Made by a program: the position numbers and the translations under genes. Of a stretch of DNA of 64,000 nucleotides, positions 57,726-64,000 are shown one piece after another (within the stretch, counting starts at the first letter, position 1; every line of letters begins with the position of its first letter). Under the pieces are notes generated by a model. That model saw only the letters and a program-made list of their open reading frames with translations, had not been told where the DNA came from and did not search any database. The stretch is from NCBI GenBank assembly GCA_963772835.1, contig CAVYYZ010000002.1:416001-480000 (forward strand), written 5' to 3'. This DNA comes from an uncultured delta proteobacterium. GTDB taxonomy: Bacteria > Desulfobacterota > Desulfuromonadia > Geobacterales > Pseudopelobacteraceae.

Positions 57726-58493
57726 GTGCCAGACAGAGCATTTACAATTCAGCAGACGAAAAACGGCATTGCCAAAATGACAATTACCGGCAACGGTTCC
57801 GTCTCTGCCGCAGATCTTCTGGAATTACTCAAACGCCAGACAGCCACACTGGCCGGCAACCATGAGATAAAAGGGCTGCTTGTTACCGGCTCGGATGGCG
57901 GCTTCTGCCAATGCCTGCGAGAACCTCGAGCTTCAGCTCAGAAAGCTGCCGCGCTGTCAGGCTTTGGCCAGCAGGTTATGTTCGGCCTTGAAAAAATCGG
58001 TAAGCCCTGTATTGCTGCCATCGAGGGAGAATGCTCTGGATTAGGACTGGAATTTGCTCTTTCATGCGATTTTATAGTGGCATCACGGAGTGCATGTTTT
58101 GGTTTTCCCGACATCGCTGAAGGCTTGATTCCCTACTGCGGAGGCACACAGCGACTCGCACGACTGGTAGGAAAATCAAAAGCAAAAGAGATGCTCTACA
58201 GCGGAGACCTGATCTGCGCCGAGGAAGCATACCGGATTGGCCTGATAAACCGTCTTTATTCAACCGGAGAGGCTCTGTCAAAAGCAGAGGAGCTGCTCGA
58301 ACTCATCTGCACCCGCAGCCCACATGCAATCCGCATAGGTGGCGAGGTGGTCAATGCCGGCTACGACATCGACCTGCAGACCGCGTGCCTGTTGGAGCGG
58401 GATGCCTTTGCACTCTGTTTTTCCAGTTTCGACCAGAAGGAAGGCATGCGGGCTTTTCTGGACAAAAACCACCCGCAGTTCAAAGGGGAATGA
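57726..58493 (+). CDS. Enoyl-CoA hydratase/isomerase (crotonase) family protein
   Basis: KPCIAAIEG..GLGLEFALSCD, GGTQRLARLVG, DQKEGMRAFL. Confidence 0.88.
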   Translation: MPDRAFTIQQTKNGIAKMTITGNGSVSAADLLELLKRQTATLAGNHEIKGLLVTGSDGGFCQCLREPRASAQKAAALSGFGQQVMFGLEKIGKPCIAAIEGECSGLGLEFALSCDFIVASRSACFGFPDIAEGLIPYCGGTQRLARLVGKSKAKEMLYSGDLICAEEAYRIGLINRLYSTGEALSKAEELLELICTRSPHAIRIGGEVVNAGYDIDLQTACLLERDAFALCFSSFDQKEGMRAFLDKNHPQFKGE

Positions 58494-58495
58494 AC

Positions 58496-59023
58496 ATGTC
58501 CATCGAACATGGCTGCGTTCAGGTATATACCGGCAACGGCAAGGGCAAAACTACCGCAGCGCTCGGACTCGCGCTACGGGCGGTCGGCCGGGGTCTCAAC
58601 GTCTGCGTATACCAGTTCATCAAAGGGGGGGGGCGCTACGGCGAGCACCTGGCCGCCGAAAAGCTGGCACCTCTGCTGACGATTATCCAGACCGGCAGAC
58701 CGGGGTGGGTAAACACCAAAGATATCACCGAAGACCGACGTGTTGCGCAGGAAGCGCTTGCCAAAGCGGAAAAACTATTGGTATCGGGCGAATTCGACAT
58801 TTTTATCTGCGACGAAATTAACGGCGCCGTCGGCTTCGGTCTGATTGACGTTGAACAGGTGTTGGAGCTGATCCGCGTAAAACCGGAAAAAACAGAACTG
58901 GTTTTGACCGGACGCAACGCTCACCAGCAGGTGATCGACATCGCCGATCTGGTAACCGAAATGCGGGAGATAAAGCATTACTACAAGGCAGGAGTTCCGG
59001 CACGCACCGGCATAGAAATGTAG
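58496..59023 (+). CDS. cobO: Cob(I)yrinic acid a,c-diamide adenosyltransferase
   Basis: YTGNGKGKTTAA, QFIKG, DE, LTGR, ADLVTEM..IKH. Confidence 0.93.
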   Translation: MSIEHGCVQVYTGNGKGKTTAALGLALRAVGRGLNVCVYQFIKGGGRYGEHLAAEKLAPLLTIIQTGRPGWVNTKDITEDRRVAQEALAKAEKLLVSGEFDIFICDEINGAVGFGLIDVEQVLELIRVKPEKTELVLTGRNAHQQVIDIADLVTEMREIKHYYKAGVPARTGIEM

Positions 59024-59077
59024 GTCAGTCACAATGAACGTAATTCAAACCAACTAACATACCGGAGGTAATGTACC

Positions 59078-59482
59078 ATGGCTGAAAGGATTCTACGCGT
59101 ACTCGTCGGAAAACCAGGGCTGGACGGCCACGATCGGGGTGCAAAAATAATTGCCCGTGCCTTTCGTGACGCGGGTTTTGAGGTTATCTACACCGGTCTG
59201 CACCAGACTCCGGAACAGATCGTTTCGGCCGCTATCCAGGAGGATGTTGACTGCGTCGGGCTTTCAATTCTGTCAGGTGCCCATAACACTTTACTCCCTA
59301 AGATTACGCAGCTCTTCAGGGAAAAGGGGGCTGAAGACATAAAGGTTTTCGGGGGAGGGGTCATACCTGAAGACGATATTCCCGGACTGAAGGCGGCCGG
59401 AATCTGCGAAGTATTTACTCCCGGTACTTCAACGGAAGATATCGTCGCCTGGGTGAGAAACAATGTTCAACCCAGGGCCTGA
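59078..59482 (+). CDS. Acyl-CoA mutase small (cobalamin-binding) subunit
   Basis: [12 protein letters not shown] (DxHxxG), [20 protein letters not shown]. Confidence 0.92.
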   Translation: MAERILRVLVGKPGLDGHDRGAKIIARAFRDAGFEVIYTGLHQTPEQIVSAAIQEDVDCVGLSILSGAHNTLLPKITQLFREKGAEDIKVFGGGVIPEDDIPGLKAAGICEVFTPGTSTEDIVAWVRNNVQPRA

Positions 59483-60219
59483 TGCCCTATAAAAAACTCC
59501 GCATAGAATGCGTGAACCGGGTCGGGTATATCCTGCTCGCATCCGGTTCACGATTCAACAAGTTATCCATCACCACCATTAGGGAACTGAAACGCGCTTT
59601 CTCACAGCTCGAGGAAGATGCTTCGGCGCATGTGATTGTTCTCAGCGGTTATCCGGGTGAGTCTTTTGCCGTCGGGGCAGATATCGGGCAGATGGTGCAT
59701 TTCTCTCCACATGACGCCTTTCACTTTGCCGAACTTGGGCAATCCCTGTTCAACCAGATAGAGTCCTGTACAAAACCGGTTATCGGGGCTCTGAACGGCA
59801 TCACCATGGGAGGGGGCTGCGATCTGGCCATGTCATGTGACATCCGCTTTGCAGCAGAGGGGTTGCGCGTCGGACACACCGGGGCAAAGCTCGGCATCAT
59901 CACCGGATTTTGCGGGACCCACAAACTGCCCCGTATCGTCGGCAAAAATTACGCCCGGGAAATTTTTATGACTTCGGATATTTACGGCGCGGCAGAGGCA
60001 CTGCAGATGGGGCTGGTTGACCGGGTAAGTGTCGAAAACGAATTCTGGCCGGAGGTTATAACTTTTGCCGAAAGGATCGCCGGCCATCCCCGGACCGCAC
60101 TATACGCGGCAAAACGGCTCGTCAACGCCGCCGAAGACACCGACCTGCGCAGCGGCTGTCTGCTGGAACGGGAAACATCAACGCATATCAATTCAATTAC
60201 CGATTACAGCGGATACTGA
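59482..60219 (+). CDS. Enoyl-CoA hydratase/isomerase family protein (atypical)
   Basis: FAVGADI, KPVIGALNGITMGGGCDLAMSCD; TGATG overlap with the upstream gene. Confidence 0.85.
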   Translation: MPYKKLRIECVNRVGYILLASGSRFNKLSITTIRELKRAFSQLEEDASAHVIVLSGYPGESFAVGADIGQMVHFSPHDAFHFAELGQSLFNQIESCTKPVIGALNGITMGGGCDLAMSCDIRFAAEGLRVGHTGAKLGIITGFCGTHKLPRIVGKNYAREIFMTSDIYGAAEALQMGLVDRVSVENEFWPEVITFAERIAGHPRTALYAAKRLVNAAEDTDLRSGCLLERETSTHINSITDYSGY

Positions 60220-60342
60220 CGGGACTCCGGCTGATCCTGCATTTTTTCACTCATCCATACAACGTTTTTTCGCGGGCAGGAACCCTCACCAATTTGATCT
60301 GTTGAATGCTTCTGTAATTTCACATACACACACCATAAACCG

Positions 60343-61158
60343 CTACATCAATGCATCGATTGCCTGCAACCCTTCCAGAGCTCCGCAGGGGAGCGATATA
60401 TGAGGTGCCGTTATCTCCGCTTCGGAGGGATTGATACGAATGACGGTAGCATACTCGAAGTTCCAACCGATCCGTTCTGATGTAGCCCGAATGGTGGGAA
60501 TGGCGCTGCCGGCACCCATTTCAATCACGGCGATGCGCCGGTTCTTATGAGTGGCCAGAAACCGTTCGAACGCATATTCCTGAGTGCGGGTGCGGTCCGG
60601 AAGCCAGAGCCAGTCGCCGAACATGAGAATATTAGGGCGACTGATCCGGCCGCAATCGGAACAGCGGGGAAGTGGGTGACGGGCCCGCATAGACACTTCT
60701 TCAATCCTGATTATCTCATCATTTTTCCAGATGGAATCGCTGCATGGTTTCTGACACTGTAGCCAGTGAATCGACCCGTGAACTTCCAGAATATGGTCGT
60801 CGGCATAGCCTGCCTTCTGGAACTGGCCGTCAACATTGGAAGTTACTACAAAGTAATCAGCCCCCCTCTCCTTAATCCACTTTCTGATAATATGGAACCC
60901 CTGGTGAGGAATCGTATCCCGGTACAGATTGGTGCGGTGGCCGTAAAAGCCCCAGCCGAAGGAGGGATCATCAGCAAAATGCCGGGGGTTGGCACAGTCG
61001 ACAAAGGAGAGCCTCAGCCGTGCGTACGCAGGATACGCGTTCCAAAATCCACGATCCCCACGAAAGTCCGGCAGGCCTGAATCAACTCCCATCCCCGCCC
61101 CGGCGGTAACAACAAAAACCTCAGCTCCCCTGAGCACCTCAACGGCATCAGGTATCAT
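60343..61158 (-). CDS. Sir2 family NAD-dependent deacylase
   Basis: TAGAGMGVDSGLPDFRG, TSNVDG, EVHGS, CxxC zinc motifs, RPNILMF. Confidence 0.9.
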   Translation of the reverse strand: MIPDAVEVLRGAEVFVVTAGAGMGVDSGLPDFRGDRGFWNAYPAYARLRLSFVDCANPRHFADDPSFGWGFYGHRTNLYRDTIPHQGFHIIRKWIKERGADYFVVTSNVDGQFQKAGYADDHILEVHGSIHWLQCQKPCSDSIWKNDEIIRIEEVSMRARHPLPRCSDCGRISRPNILMFGDWLWLPDRTRTQEYAFERFLATHKNRRIAVIEMGAGSAIPTIRATSERIGWNFEYATVIRINPSEAEITAPHISLPCGALEGLQAIDALM

Positions 61159-61176
61159 ATCGCCTCCAATCCCGGT

Positions 61177-61905
61177 TCAACCTGACCCGGTTGTTCTCTT
61201 GAACGCGGCTACAAAAGCATTGGCCGGATGCGCCATAACTTCATCAGGGGTCCCTTCCTGAATGATTTTCCCGCCATCCATGACCACCAGTCGTTCCACT
61301 ACGTGAAAGGCCTCGATACGATCATGCGTTGCGATTATGGCCGCTGTTCCCGATTCATGCAGAATCTGGCCAAGGTCCTCTGCCAGTACAATCCTGGTCG
61401 GAAGATCAAGACTTGAAAAGGGCTCGTCCATGAGAAGCAGCTCCGGACGGACGGCAAAGGCACGGGCAAGACTGACGCGCTGCGCCTCCCCGCCCGAAAG
61501 CTTGTGGGCTGAACGCCCTGCCAGGTGTCCGATTTTAAAAAGTTCGAGACCGTCACGGGCAATGTCTCTTGCTTCACTGCGTCCGGTTCCTCGTATCCGC
61601 AGGCCTTCAGCAACATTGTCAAGTACCGTCGTATCAAACAGGAGCGGTTCCTGAAAAACGACCGCAATTCTTCGTCTGTACGTAATTTCAGCATCAGGCG
61701 ACACCTCGACTCCGTGAAAACGAATCCTGCCGCTCGCTCGTTCGATTAAACAGGCAAGGCCAAGCAGCAGACTTGATTTGCCCGCACCGTTCGGTCCGAC
61801 TATGCCGACCTTTTCCTCGGCGTCCATCGAAAAGTACGGCAGCTCAAGAACCTGCACGCCGCCGCGCCGGATGCGGAGATCATTGACCTCAAGAAGAATA
61901 CTCAT
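61177..61905 (-). CDS. tupC: ABC transporter ATPase, tungstate-type
   Basis: GPNGAGKS, LSGGEAQRV, LMDEPF; adjacent to tupB. Confidence 0.8.
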   Translation of the reverse strand: MSILLEVNDLRIRRGGVQVLELPYFSMDAEEKVGIVGPNGAGKSSLLLGLACLIERASGRIRFHGVEVSPDAEITYRRRIAVVFQEPLLFDTTVLDNVAEGLRIRGTGRSEARDIARDGLELFKIGHLAGRSAHKLSGGEAQRVSLARAFAVRPELLLMDEPFSSLDLPTRIVLAEDLGQILHESGTAAIIATHDRIEAFHVVERLVVMDGGKIIQEGTPDEVMAHPANAFVAAFKRTTGSG

Positions 61906-62600
61906 CGCGGCCTCTCCCGCTGCTGAATAACCGTCAACAGATAATTGACTCCGAAGGCAAGAGTCAGCAGGATCAGCGACAGTGCGATTGCCATGTCGAA
62001 ATTCCCCTTACCGGTTTCCATAACGGTAGCCGTGGTCAGCACCCGAGTCTGCCCCTTGATATTACCCCCCACCATAATCGAGGCCCCCACCTCGGAAATG
62101 ACACCTCCGAACCCGGCCATGACGGCAGCAAGCAGTGGTAGACGAGCTTCACGTACCAGTATCCATACCGTCTGAATCCTGGTAGCTCCCAGAGCTCGCA
62201 CCTGAAGTTTGAGATTGGCAGGCAGGTTCTGTATCGAGGCAATGGTAATGCCGGTCACTATCGGTGTGGCTATCACCGCCTGGGCGAGAATCATGGCTGT
62301 TGGAGTGTAGAGGATTTCCAGAAAACCGAGCGGCCCGCTGCGCCAGAGGAAGAGCGTAATAAACAGTCCGACAACAACCGGCGGCAACCCCATGCCGGTG
62401 TTGACCAGGCTTATAAAAAAACGCCGGCCGGGGAAATCTGACAACGCCAGAAATACTCCAGCCGGGATTCCCGTACAGAGGCTGACAAACGTAGCGCTGC
62501 AGGAAATCCCCAGAGAAAGGAGTGTCACAGTCAGCACATCCCGATCAAGTGAGAATATCAGCGACAGTGCCGTGCGGATTCCATCGATAATAAGTTCCAT
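61902..62600 (-). CDS. tupB: Tungstate ABC transporter permease
   Basis: NTGMGLPPVVVGL...RSGPLG...TPTAMILAQ...SEVGASIMVGGNIKGQTRVLTTA. Confidence 0.88.
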   Translation of the reverse strand: MELIIDGIRTALSLIFSLDRDVLTVTLLSLGISCSATFVSLCTGIPAGVFLALSDFPGRRFFISLVNTGMGLPPVVVGLFITLFLWRSGPLGFLEILYTPTAMILAQAVIATPIVTGITIASIQNLPANLKLQVRALGATRIQTVWILVREARLPLLAAVMAGFGGVISEVGASIMVGGNIKGQTRVLTTATVMETGKGNFDMAIALSLILLTLAFGVNYLLTVIQQRERPR

Positions 62601-62689
62601 CCAATCACCAGTTGATTACAGGTTTTTACCGTTACCCGGCATGCAGCGTGCGAATGTTTTTCCGTAGGTGTCCGTACGTGAATCTGAAA

Positions 62690-62725
62690 AAAGAACAAAA
62701 AAACCCTTTTCTTGGCAGAAAAGGG
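62690..62725 (-). terminator. Attenuator terminator in the tupB leader
   Basis: Minus strand cccttttct gcca agaaaaggg followed by ttttttt. Confidence 0.8.
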
Positions 62726-62764
62726 ACGCGGACAAACCACCTGAAGTGGCACGTCATACACTGG

Positions 62765-62865
62765 GTCCCCTTTTCGAAAGGAGGGCGGCGCTGTTTCCGG
62801 CGACACCCGCAGGTTGCAGGCCATGAGGATTTTTACCCGGTAGACGTGTGCAACTCGGAGAGTGG
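62765..62865 (-). promoter_or_regulatory. Moco/Tuco (molybdenum/tungsten cofactor) riboswitch aptamer
   Basis: Minus strand ctctccgag...cta...atgg...gggtgtcgccggaaacagcgccgccctcctttcgaaaagggg resembles the Moco RNA layout (GAAA-loop hairpin, GCCUCC..UU.GAAAGG 3' end); lies upstream of tungstate transport genes. Confidence 0.75.
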
Positions 62866-63050
62866 TGATTTCGGGGCACTATAGCTTCAAGAGTGCGAAG
62901 TGGCAAGCTATAATAAATATCTGAAAAACAGTTTTTCAACAGTAACACGTTTTTTATATTTAAGTGATTGACTCCTTATTTTCACTCTTGTATTTTATTC
63001 GTGCCACTAATTATTGATTCGTACTTTACCAATAAAGGCAGTTGTTATTT

Positions 63051-64000
63051 ATGCATATGGCTGATGCACTACTATCACCGACGGTCGGCGGGGCGATGTG
63101 GACCATTACCGCCTTCACCATCGCTTACTGCTCCAAAAAAGTTCGCAGCGAGATGGATGACCGCAAAATCCCTCTTATGGGAGTCTTGGGTGCGTTTATC
63201 TTTGCCGCACAGATGATCAATTTCACTATCCCGGTTACCGGTTCCAGCGGCCATCTCGGTGGGGGGTTGATACTCTCCATCCTTCTCGGACCGTACGCAG
63301 CCTTTCTAACCATAGCATCGGTACTGGTGGTTCAGGCGCTCTTTTTTGCTGACGGCGGACTTCTGGCACTGGGATGCAATATTTTCAATCTCGGATTTTT
63401 CCCTGCATTTGTCGCCTATCCTTTTATTTACCGGAAGATCAGCGGTAGCACTCCGTCTCCGGCCAGAATATCATTTGCGGCTATGGCCGCTGCCGTCATC
63501 GGCTTACAGCTGGGTGCCTTCGGAGTCGTTGTGGAAACTTTTGCGTCCGGAATTTCCTCGCTCCCTTTCGCAACCTTTGCCGGAATCATGCAACCTATCC
63601 ATCTCGCAATCGGAATGGTTGAAGGCCTGGTGACAGCCTCCGTAATCTCTTTTGTCTACAAGGCAAAACCGGAAATCCTTCAAAGCCCCGTGAATGAAGA
63701 TCCGACAGATGCTCACCCGTTTAGAAATGTCATTCTGATCTTCCTGGCACTGGCCGTTCTTTGCGGCGGCGTTTTGGCCTGGTTTGCATCAACGCTTCCA
63801 GACGGGCTCGAATGGTCAATCAGCAAAGCCGGCGGCCTGAAGGAGCTAAAGGATTCCGGGCAGAAATCGCACGGCACATTGGCGACGTTTCAGAAAAAGC
63901 TTTCTTTCCTGCCGGATTACTCTTTCAAAAAATCTTCTGAAGAGATGAAAAGCGAGCCCCTCCCCGCTGATAGTCAGACGCAAAAACAGGAGGTGGCAAA
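63051..64000 (+). CDS. cbiM: ECF-type Co/Ni transporter S component CbiM/NikM fused to an N/PDGLE domain, runs off the window edge
   Basis: Translated by hand: MHMADALLSP...GAFIFAAQMINF..GSSGHLGGG...FADGGLLALG...HLAIG..EG...PDGLEWS; no stop before 64000. Confidence 0.88.
   Translation, partial: MHMADALLSPTVGGAMWTITAFTIAYCSKKVRSEMDDRKIPLMGVLGAFIFAAQMINFTIPVTGSSGHLGGGLILSILLGPYAAFLTIASVLVVQALFFADGGLLALGCNIFNLGFFPAFVAYPFIYRKISGSTPSPARISFAAMAAAVIGLQLGAFGVVVETFASGISSLPFATFAGIMQPIHLAIGMVEGLVTASVISFVYKAKPEILQSPVNEDPTDAHPFRNVILIFLALAVLCGGVLAWFASTLPDGLEWSISKAGGLKELKDSGQKSHGTLATFQKKLSFLPDYSFKKSSEEMKSEPLPADSQTQKQEVA

Noticed and set aside
58620..58640. G-rich run in cobO as a frameshift
   Set aside because: The frame stays open (FIKGGGRYGE) and the protein is full length
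60343..61158. Sir2 protein as an anti-phage defence effector
   Set aside because: It has the Zn-ribbon and GAG..DFRG/HG motifs of standard sirtuin deacylases, with no fused or adjacent defence partner
62700..62740. GGCAGAA...GGGACGC as a c-di-GMP-I (GEMM) riboswitch on the plus strand
   Set aside because: The second stem and tetraloop receptor are not evident; the sequence is better explained as the minus-strand terminator
62558..62884. Short ORFs in the tupB leader, including a possible tupA remnant
   Set aside because: They overlap the riboswitch and terminator and show no resemblance to a solute-binding protein

Overview
Bacterial chromosomal window, most consistent with a Geobacteraceae-like (Desulfuromonadia) anaerobe. 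This is inferred from gene content: HdrABC-Flx, a second nuoEFG-type module, GntR next to ispD, and Geobacter-style short palindromic and heptamer repeats. Left to right it carries: hemW; a DUF3015/DUF4105 pair; an orphan nuoE-cyt c-nuoF-hydrolase-nuoG run coupled to cbiX/cbiC/AEC/cbiD; a cluster of Cys/Met-rich exported proteins with two NosL homologues (candidate copper or metal acquisition system with a possible arrest-peptide leader); a Ser/Thr-kinase/His-kinase hybrid, receiver, HD-GYP and flavoprotein operon; galE, a K+ channel, GntR, ispD and two sensor kinases; an hdrCBA-flxDCBA operon with three related intergenic palindromes; ltaE, an L,D-transpeptidase, hemB, ompA, rnpB, a CAT-anticodon tRNA, an EfpL-like factor, queF and NAD-GDH; a crotonase-cobO-B12-binding-crotonase cluster; sir2 and tupBC downstream of a Moco/Tuco-like riboswitch with its own terminator; and a partial cbiM/nikM. 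Two single-base frameshifts (the kinase and ispD) fall in G-rich runs and may be sequencing errors. I saw no CRISPR array, rRNA, integrase or transposase. All family calls come from motif recognition by eye, not from database searches.
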